From Mustelus asterias (lineage: Eukaryota), in the NCBI RefSeq assembly GCF_964213995.1, contig NC_135813.1, positions 41,354,001-41,418,000 on the forward strand: a stretch of DNA of 64,000 nucleotides, given 5' to 3'. The notes under the pieces were generated by a model. It was not told the origin of the DNA and searched no databases. It saw nothing but the letters and a program-made list of their open reading frames with translations. Position numbers and translations under genes: made by a program. Shown one piece after another: positions 37,525-48,870 of the stretch (position 1 is the first letter of the stretch; each line of letters starts with the position of its first letter).

Positions 37525-38197
37525 CTGAAAAAGAAATGGGGATGGGTGGTCAACAGCTTATTCAAACTGCCAGCAGCCGAGTTTCACATTCAGTACAGGT
37601 ATATACATCTTTTTAAACTAAAGCTTACAATTGGTATGGATGTAACTGTGGATTCAACTGGGAAAAAGGCACTGGGTTGGCACGAAATCATGTCACTCGT
37701 TTGGACAGCTGGTGCAGAAATGATGGGCTGAATGGCCTCCTTCTGCACCATAACGGTTCTGTGATTCTGATTCTGTGAAACTTAAATACTGATCCACATC
37801 AGCATCAATGCGTATTTATATAGTGGTTTAGATAGTAAAATACCCCAGTGCACGAATTGACAGTAGTGTTACTAGACAAAAACTGGCACTGTGCCAGGAG
37901 ATTATTAATACCGATGGCCAAAAATCCAGTCAAAGTGATAGGTTTTACAGATTATGTTAAAGAAGGGGGAGAGAGATAGAGAGGTTTAGAGAAGGAATTT
38001 CAGAGCTTGGTGCCTGCCAACATCAATAGAGAAGTGAAAGACATTGCTGATACACAAGAGGAATTAATTGGCGGAATACAGAAATTGCAGAGGGTTCTAG
38101 GGATGGAGGAGGTTATGGCAATCGGTAGGGGTTGGCGGAGTGGGTGGTGCGGGAGCAGGGGTGGGGGTGTGCGTGTGTGGTGACAGTGGGGACAGGA

Positions 38198-38520
38198 GCG
38201 GCATGGCGGCACAGTGGTTAGCACTGCTGCCTCACAGTGCCAGGGACCCAAGTTCGAATCCCGGCTTGGGTCACTGTCTGTGTGGAGTCTGCATGTTCTC
38301 CCCGTGTCTGCGTGGGTTTCCTCCAGGTGCTCCGGTTTCCTCCCATAGTCCGAAAGACGTGCTGATTAGGTGTATTGACCATGCTAAATTCCCCCGCTGT
38401 GTACCCAAACAGGCACTGGAGTGTGGCAACTAGGGGATTTTCACAGTACTTTCATTGCACTGTTAGTGTAAGGCTCCTAGCGACACTAATAAATAAACTT
38501 TAAAACCGTAAACTTAAAAG
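38198..38520 (+). mobile_element. V-SINE type B inserted in an old L2-like fragment (~37800-38760)
   Basis: Head, V-domain and type B tail. Confidence 0.87.
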
Positions 38521-38844
38521 GTATGGAGGGATTTGAACATAAGGGTGAGAATTTTAAGTTTAGTGCATTACTGGACCGGGCGTTAATGGAAATCAGGAAT
38601 GTATGGGTGGGTGACGGGTGGTGAATGGGACTTGCTGTGAGTTGAAATGGGGGCAACAGAGTTTTTAGACTACAGAGAGTGGAGGATGGGAAGCTGACTG
38701 GGGGGTGGGGAGGAGTATTTGTATAATCAAGTCCAGAGATAACAAAAATATGAACAGACAAGCAATCCCAGCAATCCCAGGCCACCACTCTAGAAAATGA
38801 AAGCCTGAAAAATCACCTTTAAAAATCAGTCCAATTTTAAAAAA

Positions 38845-39428
38845 TATATTCATTTGTGGGACATGGGTGTCGCTGGCTGGCCAGCATTTATTGTAAGAAG
38901 TCTCACAACACCAGGTTAAAGTCCAACAGGTTTATTTGGTAGCAAAAGCCACTGGCTTTTGAGTGGCTTTTGCTACCAAATAAACCTGTTGGACTTGAAT
39001 GGCTTTTGCTACCAAATAAACTTTAACGTGGTGTTGTGAGACTTCTTACTGTGTTTAGCCCAGTCCAACGCCGGCATCTCCACATCAGCATTTATTGCCC
39101 AGCCCTAGCTGTCCTTGAAACTGAGTGGCTTGCTAGGCCATTTCAGAAGACATTTGAGAGTCAACCACATTGCTGTGGCTCTGGAATCACATGTAGGCCA
39201 GACCAAGTAAAAGTAGCAGATTTCCTTTCCTAAAGGGCATCAGTGAACCAGATAGGTTTTTCCGACAATCGACAATGGTTTCATGGTCATCAGTAGATTC
39301 CAAATATGTTTTATTGAATTCAAATCCCACCATCTGCCATGGTGGAATGTGAACCCGGGTCCCCAGAACATTAGCTGGGTTTCTGGATTAATAGTTTCAC
39401 ATTAATACCACTAGGCCATCACCTCCCC
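38845..39428 (-). mobile_element. tRNA-derived SINE family C, interrupted by a palindromic insert
   Basis: Reverse complement of 48474-48870. Confidence 0.83.
38894..39085. mobile_element. Palindromic Penelope-derived insertion with TSD
   Basis: Arms match 32088-32150; CAGCATTTATTG at 38882-38893 and 39086-39097. Confidence 0.85.
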
Positions 39429-40447
39429 AAATGTGACCGGAATCGAACAGATTGGCGATTCTTACTGGAGATGGAGAAGTAAGGCATCTGCCAACTGCAT
39501 TTCATCTTTTTTATTACTATTTCTAAATGAAATATTATGTTGCATTAATAATACAACAGCATTTCTTCTTCAAGGATCACACCCAACTTGATCACCTTCA
39601 TTTTATGCACAAAAGTTGTGCATATATAATTTTCATCTCGATTAGATATTAGCAACTACATGGCATTAACGGGAGAGGTCTTAAATAATGTATTACATCT
39701 ATCCATTTGGAAGGCAGTTAGGCTTTTAATAGATCTACTGAAGTTCAAAGCTTCCCATTTAGACTTCGGGTAGTCTAAAGCCTCATTTAACTCTTGGTCA
39801 CAGGTGCCAGGTGAAGCAGCCACAATATGAACAGTATGGAAAATGAATGAGCTCCATTATCACGGCTAATGAGTCTGATAATGGAACCCATTTAGATGGA
39901 GGTGACTGGTAATTTAGTACAACAGCTTCATCAATCCTGTGATTTTAAAACTTCATAGATACTGCTGCGGCATTTGTGGAATATATCCGTTCTTGCACAA
40001 GAGAAAATCTTCCATAGACATGAAAATTCAAGCTGGCCTCTTAAAATTTTAGGAGTCCTTTATTTAAGATGTCAGCTGTAGTTCCGTGGGGTAACACTCT
40101 CACCTCTCAGCGGCTCGTGAGTTCAAGCCCCTACTTCATAGATCTTAGCACAAAATCGAGGTTAGCAGCGCAGCGCTGCCTTAGGTGCTGCCTTGTCAAT
40201 GCTAAATTAAACAGAGACCGAGGGTGGGATATTCCGGCCGCACTCACCCCGAAACCAGAAAGTCCCACCCAAGGTCAATGGTCGTTTCCATGGTCCGCTC
40301 CTCACCTGCTACGATTTCCGTGGCGGGCAGAACGGGAACATTCGCCCCCTTGTCTAATCTCGCATGTGCATATTTTTTAAAAATGGGTGGTTTCAGTCAA
40401 AGGAGTTGTGGTTCTGGCTAATATTTATCCTTCATCTAAATTACCAA

Positions 40448-40870
40448 AGAATCACAGAACTGTTACAGTGCAGAACGAGGCCTTTCAGCCCATCATGCCT
40501 GCACCAGCCAAAAAAGAGAAAAAAGAAACTAGCCGCTCATTTTAATCCCATCTTCCGGCACTTGGTTCATAGCCTTTCAGATGCCAATCAAGATACCTTT
40601 TAAATGAGTTAAGCGTTTCAGCCTCAACCACCAGCTTAGGCAGTCAATTCCGGATGCCCACCACCCTCTGGGTGAAAAGGTGTTTCCTCATGTCCCCTCT
40701 AATCCTTCTACCAAACACCTTAAATCCATGCCCCCTGGTAATTGACCCCTCAGCTAGGGGAAAAAAGTATTTCTTGTCTCCCCTGTCCAGGCCCCTCATA
40801 ATTGTGTACATCTCAATTAGATCACCCCTCAGCCTCCTCCCTTCAAAGAAAAACAACCCGAGCTTATCCA
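40448..40870 (-). mobile_element. CR1 3' fragment
   Basis: ORF 40644..40871 DKLGLFFFEGRRLRGDLIEMY...FTQRVVG. Confidence 0.87.
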
Positions 40871-41452
40871 AACCAAAGAAAGGCCACCAATGCCTCTACT
40901 TTCTCAGAAGACTAAGGAAATTTGGCATGTCAGCTACGACTCTCACCAACTTTTACAGATGCACCATAGAAAGCATTCTTTCTGGTTGTATCACAGCTTG
41001 GTATGGGCTCCTGCTCTGCGCAAGACCGCAAGGAACTACAAAGGGTCGTGAATGTAGCCCAGTCCATCACGCAAACCAACCAGCCTCCCATCCATTGACT
41101 CTGTTTACACTTCCCGCTGCCGTGGAAAAGCAGCCAGGCATAATCAAGGACCCCATGCATCCTGGACATTCTCTTTTCCATCTTCTTCCGTCGGGAAAAA
41201 GATACAAAAGTCTGAGGTCACGTACCAACCGACTCAAGAACAGCTTCTTCCCTGCTGCCATCAAACTTTTGAATGGACCTACCTCGCACTATGTTGATCT
41301 TTCTCTACACCCTGGCTATGACTGTAACTCTATCTGCACTCTCTCCTTTCCTTCTCTATGAATGGTATACTTTGTCTGTATATCATGCAAAAAACAATAC
41401 ATTTCACTGTATATTAAAACATGTGACAATAATGAATCAAATCAAATCAAAA
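40871..41452 (+). mobile_element. Rex1/Babar LINE 3' fragment
   Basis: LYFLRRLRKFGMSATTLTNFYRCTIESILSGCITAWYG...RTNRLKNSFFPAAIKLLN; ends tgtgacaataatgaatcaaatcaaatc. Confidence 0.9.
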
Positions 41453-42019
41453 TCTCTCCTCATAGCTGCAATTTTCAAGCCCTGGTAACATTTGAGAGAG
41501 GAATGCGAGCAGATGACCCTGGGACAGGCAGTCAGCAGCACCTTGAGGGGAGTGCGTGCGGAAGACATGCAGCCAGACATTCAGAAGCACCTAGCATCAC
41601 CGTCTGGCCAAATGACTCGTGAATGCATACAGTGAATATTACATGTATCTCAGTTGTACTGAAGCACCTCGGAGTACAACTTGTTCTATGTAGAGAACCT
41701 TTAAAATACATTTGCACCATTTGTAAGGACCATTGTAAAATGCCTGTAACATTTCTTTGACTGTTCTGGAGCATCTCACAGTGTGACTTGATGTACGTAA
41801 AGAACCTGAATATTATTTTGTGTGATTTTTGCGTTTTGTGTGATAGCCATTTAGGAATGTTTCTCATGTTTTTGCAGATTTCTTGTGAATTAAGTATACT
41901 TTTGGAAAAAAAGATTGCGGGATCTTGCTGTGCACAAATTCTCTACTGCATTTTCTGCAGTACAATTATAACTTTCTTTCTTTTTTTTAACTATTAATCT
42001 TCTGTGTTTTTTTATTAAT

Positions 42020-42310
42020 GCACACGGTAGCACAGTGGTTAGCACTGCAGCCTCACAGCGTCAGGAACCCAGGTTCAATTCCGGCCTTGGGTCACTGTCT
42101 GTGTGGAATCTGTACACTCTTTTCAAGTCTGCGTGGGTTTCCTCCCACAGTCTGAACGACGTGCTGGTTAGGCACATTGGCCGTGCTAAATTCTCCCTCA
42201 GTGTACTCGAACAGGCACCGGAGTGTGGCGACTAGGAGATTTTCACAGTAACTTCATTGCAGTGTTAATGTAAGCCTACTTGTGACACTAATAAATAAAC
42301 TTTAACTTTA
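42020..42310 (+). mobile_element. V-SINE type B (small internal deletion)
   Basis: Head, V-domain lacking the cctccgggtgctccggttt unit, and type B tail. Confidence 0.88.
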
Positions 42311-42595
42311 AAGATACTGGATAATTTGCCCTGATCTGCCCATAAGAAAAATCTGCTGCACCACATTATCTCCATTGTGTATAAGGACTTGGTTATCATA
42401 AGCTGAACCTATAGCAATGGTTGATGGCTTTCTAACTTGATCTATTCCGCAGAAATAGTTTTGTACAGTCCGAATGTATTACACGCATGATATGGACTGA
42501 ATTTCATCTGTCATCATAGAGAATTACCCTGCTGTAACCGTGTAACCTGCAGTTATTTTAATAAATAACTGCAGTTTACAGAAAGTTATCTTCGA

Positions 42596-43460
42596 TTGCA
42601 ATGGGATCTTGATCAATTGGACCTGTGGGCTGACGAATGGCAGATGGAGTTTAATTTAGACAAATGCGAGGTAATGCATTTTGGTAGATTGAACCAGGGC
42701 AGGACTTACTCATTTAATGGTAGGGCGTTGGGGAGAGTTACAGAACAAAGAGATCTAGGGGTACATGTTCATAGCTCCTTGAAAGTGGAGTCACAGGTGG
42801 ACAGAGTGGTGAAGAAGGCATTCGGCATGCTTGGTTTCATTGGTCAGAACATTGAATACAGGAATTGGGACGTCTTGTTGAAGTTGTACAAGACATTGGT
42901 AAGGCCACACTTGGAATACTGTGTGCAGTTCTGGTCACCCTATTATAGAAAGGATATTATTAAACTAGAAAGAGTGCAGAAAAGATTTACTAGGATGCTA
43001 CCGGGACTTGATGGTTTGGGTTATAAGGAGAGGCTGGATAGACTGGGACTTTTTTCTCTGGAGCGTAGGAGGCTGAGGGGTGATCTTATAGAGGTCTATA
43101 AAATAATGAGGGGCACAGATCAGCTAGATAGTCAATATCTTTTCCTAAAAGTAGGGGAGTCTAAAACTAGAGGGCATAGGTTTAAGGTGAGAGGGGAGAG
43201 ATACAAAAGTGTCCAGAGGGGCAATTTTTTCACACAGAGGGTGGTGAGTATCTGGAACAAGCTGCCAGAGGTAGTAGTAGAGGCGACTACAATGTTGTTT
43301 TTTAAAAAGCATTTAGATAGTTACATGAGTACGATGGGTATAGAGGGATATGGGCCAAATGCAGGCAATTGGGATTAGCTTAGGGGTTTAAGAAAAAGGG
43401 CGGCATGGGCAAGTTGGGCCGAAGGGCCTGTTTCCATGTTGTAAACCTCTATGACTCTAT
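42596..43460 (+). mobile_element. CR1 LINE 3' fragment with an open 260-aa ORF2 C-terminus
   Basis: WQMEFNLDKCEVMHFG...LYKTLVRPHLEYCVQFWSP...RRLRGDLIEVYK; tail ctctatgactctat. Confidence 0.94.
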
Positions 43461-43891
43461 ATCAACAAGATGTCTTCTTGACCAGGTTGCGCAGGAGAGA
43501 AGCAGATTTATGAATCTGGTTTTAGACGCCTAAACAACCTTTCCAGAATAAAATTATTATAACTAAAAATTATGCTACTTGTGAAAAGCGGGAGGCAAGA
43601 AAATGATTTTAATTGCAACTCAAGTGTTCAGCCACGATGTTCAGGATAATTACTTTGATGGCTGTTCATCGCATTTTTGTTTTGATTATTCTCCTCATGT
43701 TCGGTTTAATAAAATATCAGGTAAGAGTTAAGAGCAGCCTGATCAGGTTGGTGGGACTGACAGCAGAAGGCTGGCGGTGCAGCAAAAGTAATTTTTAAAA
43801 ACAGTTCCAAATAAACTATTTGTTAGAATACTAACCAGAAAGTCAGGAACCTGAGAAGCTAAAAACTAATATTCTGGACAGAAACGACTAA

Positions 43892-44175
43892 CAGCACGGT
43901 GGCACAGTGATTAGCACTGCTGCCTCACAGCGCCAGGGACCCAGGTTCGATTCCCGGTTGGGTCACTGCCTGTGCGGAGTCTGCACATTCTCCCCGTGTC
44001 TGTGTGAGTTTCCTCCGGGTGCTCCAGTTTCCTCCCACAGTCCGAAAGATGTGCTGGTTAGGTGCATTAGCCATGCTAAATTTTCCCTCAGTGTACCCAA
44101 ACAGGCGACTAGGGGATTTTCACAGTAACTTCATTGTAAAGTTAATATGAGCGACCTATGATATTAATAAATAAA
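43892..44175 (+). mobile_element. V-SINE type B ending about 20 bp from the exon donor at 44193
   Basis: Head, V-domain and a diverged type B tail. Confidence 0.85.
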
Positions 44176-44193
44176 ATTATTTTTAAAAATAAC

Positions 44194-44522
44194 CTTTCAT
44201 GGTAGCCGGTGGTGTCGTCAAATTCCATGTGTGCGTTCCTTCATCCATTCCCATGTCGGGGAAATCTGATGGAGCAGGGGAAGGGGGCAGTGGGACAAAA
44301 TTCGAGAGCGGGAGGCCTTGAGTGAATGAGTCCAGGCACATCGAGTCAAAGTATTTGGAGGCCAGCATTTTGGTCTCACTGGTCGAGAGGTTGAGAGTTT
44401 GTACGAGCTGGTCTAAGGTGCTGTTGTATGGAGTCTTCAGAACACAGGTAGCACCAATCCCCGAGGGTAGATAGAAGGTATTTGTCAGCTGCTGGGGGCT
44501 GGCATCAGGTGATAACTTTATC
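44194..44522 (-). CDS. ABCA2: ABCA2 exon (329 nt): [29 protein letters not shown]...[21 protein letters not shown]...PPATMK
   Basis: ORF 44183..44566; acceptor cgtAG at 44524-44523, donor GTTATT at 44193; phase 2/1. Confidence 0.93.
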
Positions 44523-45319
44523 CTACGGTGGAATAAAAACAATGTTATATTCAAGCAAAAATACACATTTGTACCAAATATTTTTTTGGATTCTCTTCAA
44601 ACTATGCTTGCGGGGGTTACAATATAGTTACATTATTTTCCAATTATGTTCAAAAGGCACTAATCATGGGTAGAATCAATCATTCCATACTCTGGGGTGA
44701 ACTTCCCAGCCCTTCCCGCTGAAAGTGACCCCCACCCCCCACAACGGGTCCCCCGGTGACTCAGCTGGCAGACACGACCAGAACATCCCACCAGTGGCCA
44801 ATAACAAGCCACTTCCACCGCTGGAAAACACACCCTGGGGTAGGGCAGGGGAGCCGAAAATCTCAGAGGCTCTGTTCCAACAATATCCATACATTCTAAT
44901 GGTGGAGGAAAGCCATGCATTTTTAATTCCTTATATTTGCCTTTCTGAGCGAGCCTAGCCGTTCATTTTTGAGTTGGCGAATGCTATACTGCGGCCACAC
45001 ACCAACAGAAACCCAGCCAATTGGATCTAATACAGGGTCAGGAGGGTAAGTAACCGTTTTGTTTGTAACGCAGTGACTACAATTCAACACCATGTCATTA
45101 TCTACAGAGCATGAATGGCATTATATAACTGCAAGTCTTTTCTCACGGGAACATATTCCCTCGAGTACCTCCGAGGACAGGAATCCACTGACTGCCCCAA
45201 GACCAATCAAAGGAATATGTAGGGCTGCTTTCTACCAATTTTTCAGTCCTGCAACTTCTATCTATGTGCGCGCAACCAAGGTCTTCCTGAGAATAGACTA
45301 AACGTCAAGAATGCAATTT

Positions 45320-45635
45320 TTTTTGTCCGTTCGTGGGATGTGGGCCAGTATTTATTGTCCATCCCTGAGGGCAACTAAGAGTCAACCACATTGCTTTGGA
45401 TCTGGAGTCACATGCAGGCCAGACCAGGTAAGGGTGGCAGATTTCCTTCCCTAAAGGACGTTAGTGAAGCAGATGGGTTTTTATGACAATCGACAATGGC
45501 TTCATGGTCATCTTTTAATTCCAGATTTTTATTGAATCCTAATTTCACCATCTGCCGTGATGGGATTTGAACCTGGGTTGCCAAAGCATTACCCTGGATC
45601 TCTGGAATACTAGTCCATTACACGCTGCCTCCTCT
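45320..45635 (-). mobile_element. SINE family C
   Basis: ggcagatttccttccctaaaggacgttagtgaa... matches the other family C copies. Confidence 0.82.
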
Positions 45636-45932
45636 TATAGAGTTAACAAAGTGTTTACATATTTTGTATGTATATTGCTATTCAGTGATACAAGCTAAGA
45701 GATCTGTATTGAAGTGAAATTTGCTCTATTGATTTTCTGCTAGTGTTTAAACAGTTCTATTGTAGTTTTTTTTCTACATATAACCAGGTTGTACACTCTT
45801 TCATGCGTAACATGTAAGTGGCAGGAGTCAGCAGAACATTGGATTCTTGCACTTCAGGGACTAAGGAAGAGTTGCTTTTTATGATAAGTGTTTACGGTTG
45901 AACAAAGTCAGACTGTAACTACAGATTTGTGT

Positions 45933-46230
45933 CATAGAATCCCTAGAGTGCAGAAGGAGGCCATTCGGCCCATTGAGTCTGCACCAACAATGATCCCACT
46001 CAGGCCCAATACCCGTAACCTCACATATTTACCCTGCTAATCCTCCTGACACTAATGGTCAATTTAGCATGGCCAATCAACCTAACCCGCACATCTTTGG
46101 AGTGTGGGAGGAAACCGGTGCACCCGGAGGAATCCCACGCAGACGCAGGGAGAACGTGCATTTACACAGACAGTGACCCAAGCCGGGAATCGAATCCGGG
46201 TCCCTGGCACTGTGAGGCAGACTGTGCTAC
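45933..46230 (-). mobile_element. HE1-type V-SINE (type A); a further 3' piece at 46844-46997
   Basis: Reverse consensus. Confidence 0.87.
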
Positions 46231-46483
46231 CCAGTCTTACTTGAGTCTTGGAAAAAAAATACAGAAGACTTCAGCTGAGGTTTCTAACATCCCTCAAATG
46301 ATTGAATACAATATTTAATGGAGTCAAGGGTGCAACATCTGTAGAAGCAACAAGCTTTGTTGAGCTAAATAATCTCTATTTCAGCACTTCCTCAACTCTT
46401 TATGTGCTCCTCATTTTCTGTGACGCCTTGTAATCAATTAAGCTATAACGTGTGCTTTTTAAAAGTCTCTTCTAACCTCATAC

Positions 46484-46586
46484 CTGTACTCATTTCTCTC
46501 TTCATTTGCATATGGTATAAAGTTTCCTCGCGGTTGAGTATAATTGTGGTACTGAGATGGAGAAAGTATCAGAGGAGGCAAGTCAC
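46484..46586 (-). CDS. ABCA2: ABCA2 exon (103 nt): (G)[33 protein letters not shown](R)
   Basis: Translated by hand; acceptor ttccAG at 46588-46587, donor GTATGA at 46483; phase 1/2. Confidence 0.95.
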
Positions 46587-47269
46587 CTGGAAAAACAGAG
46601 ATAAATCAGGTAAATATCCCACAGGTGAAAATATAAAGGAAGTCATGTAAAATGGCAATCCCAAAGAATAAATCTCAGCTCGACTCAAAGACATCCATTT
46701 AGGTTTTTTTGAACCTGTCAATATTGTCAGGAAAATTGCAATGACATAAAAATATTAGGAAGATTCAAAAGATTGGATTATTTTCTGCTGTGTATATATA
46801 TTTAAAAACTGGGAAAATGCAACTTGCTTAAGGTCGGGACAGATCATAGAATCCCTATAGTGCAGAAGGAGGCCATTCTGTCCATCGCGTCTGTACCAAC
46901 AGCAATCCTACCCAGGCCCTATCCCCATAACCCCACTAATCCCTCTGACACTAAGGGGCAATTTAGCATGGCCAATCCACCTAACCTGCACATCATTGGA
47001 GCCTATGTCACACAGATGTCAATGTTAAGGAGCCAGTGTCTTTGCTATGTTGACATGTTTAGCAATACTTTATTGTTGTTCATTTTATTGTTTTATTTTA
47101 TTTAAAATCATCACAAAATGCTGGGACATCATTCGTTGGATTTTAGCCGTTCTACACCCAAATTGCAAAAATAGAGTTAGGGCGATTGTTTCAAGTTTCC
47201 CTTCTAGAATTTGGAATAACCTGGTGTTTACCATCAGATGTGCCCTGAACAAGACATAACATCTTTACT

Positions 47270-47720
47270 TGAAGTTTTAAAGTTTATTTAATAGCGTCAC
47301 AAGATTCAGTTTATGATAACCAAGTCCTTATACACAATAGAGACATAATGTGGTGCAACAGATTTTTCTTATGGGCAGATCAGGGCAAATTATCCAGTAT
47401 CTTTAAAGTTAAAGTTTATTTATTATTGTCACAAGTAGGCTTACATTAACACTGCAATGAAATTATTGTCAAAATCCTCTGGACGCCACATTCCGCGCCT
47501 GTTCGGTACACTGTGGGGGAATTTAGCATGGCCAATGCACCTAACCAGCACGTCTTTCGGACTGTGGGAGGAAACTGGAGAACCTGGAGGAAATCCTGCA
47601 GACACAGGGAGAACGTGCAGACTCCACACAGACAGTGACCCTAGCCGGGAATCGAACCCGGGTCACTGGTGCTCTGAGGCAGCAGTGCTAACTACTGTGC
47701 CATCCTAACCACTGTGCCGT
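47270..47720 (-). mobile_element. V-SINE type B carrying a copy of the flank of the 42020 SINE and a second tail
   Basis: 47404-47720 is the SINE; 47302-47403 is the reverse complement of 42311-42410; 47270-47302 is an extra type B tail. Confidence 0.9.
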
Positions 47721-47743
47721 TCCTTGCATATTCTGAATAATAC

Positions 47744-47959
47744 CTATTTCGGGCACTGAGAGAGCCACCGTCATTGCCACACACACAAAGAATGCTGGGA
47801 GCAGGATCTGGGAGAAAAGACTCTTGGTGTTGCGTTTGGCACAGTGATAACGTTTCACTATTAGCCCGTAGAACTGGCACAGTTTCAGCCAGGAGCCCTC
47901 CAGTTTGGTACTTCCTTGACCCTCCAGGACAAAGCTCTTCAGGTCTGGTTCTGGTTCTG
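47744..47959 (-). CDS. ABCA2: ABCA2 exon (216 nt): (A)[25 protein letters not shown]...[23 protein letters not shown]; includes TM7
   Basis: ORF 47688..47972; tandem CAGCAG acceptor at 47961-47957, donor GTATTA at 47743; phase 1/1. Confidence 0.95.
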
Positions 47960-48473
47960 CTGTAGATGGCAAGAGGAGAGAAACAAGAAACAGTGATCAG
48001 CATTTGGGAACATTCACTGCAGCCAAATTTAAAACCTGAGGTTTTTCAATCCTTTTTTTTTGCTGGTATATTCTCAAAACATGTTCAAAACATTTCATCA
48101 TCTGCTTTAACTGTACATATTCTGGACCATATATATGCACTTGATTTTATGCCCTGTTTGTAGCATTAATATCCAACAATCTTTGCAATCCTCTGTACTA
48201 ACTTGAATGATTAAGCTTATTTGTTGAAGTGACAGCTTTCAAGATGCAGTCACCAATTTTCCACTTCTTCCCGTAATATCTTTGGTGCTCTGACGCTGAA
48301 GATCCTGCCTGCCTCAGTAAAACAAAGAGCTTCTCACAAAGCGGCAAGCCCAAGTTGTGATGATCATGAATTAGAGAAAGCGCCATCATGAGATTGGAAA
48401 CATTGTCACGTTGAGCTGGAGGTGTTTATCTCCTTTGCCACCGAAGACTGCTAAGAAATGGAAGAGATGAGAA

Positions 48474-48870
48474 GATGATGGCCTCGTGGTATTATCATTA
48501 GACAATTAATGTTTTGGAGATCTGGGTTCGAATCCCGCCACGGCAGTGGGATTTGAATTCAATAAAAAATAACTGGAATTAAGAATCTGCTGATGACCAT
48601 GAAACCATTGTGAATTGTTGGAAAAACCCATCTGGTTCAGTAATGTCCTTTAGGGAAGGAAATCTGCCGTCCTTGCCTGGTCTGGCCTACACGTGACTCC
48701 AGAACCACAACAATGTGGTCGACTCTCAACTGCCCTCTGAAATGGCCTAGCAAGTCACTCAGTTGTATCAGCGATTCAAGAAGGCAGCTCACCACCACCT
48801 TCTCAAGGGCAACTAGGAATGGGCAATAAATGCTGGCCAGCCAGCGACATCCATGTCCCACAAATTAATT
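48474..48870 (+). mobile_element. tRNA-derived SINE family C, near full length (others ~808-880, 35430-35620, 58452-58806, 59685-59798, 62240-62555)
   Basis: A box tggcctcgtgg, B box ggttcgaatccc, central ctggttcagtaatgtcctttagggaaggaaatctgcc, tail shared with the LINE end at 24770-24880. Confidence 0.85.

Noticed and set aside
40654-41361. 235-aa ORF that looks like a novel gene
   Set aside because: Chance fusion of antisense CR1 sequence with a frameshifted Rex/Babar ORF2 fragment.
42596-43378. Open CR1 ORFs (also 12433-12993) as possible active or domesticated genes
   Set aside because: 5'-truncated, lacking the endonuclease and RT core; open frames are expected in young insertions.
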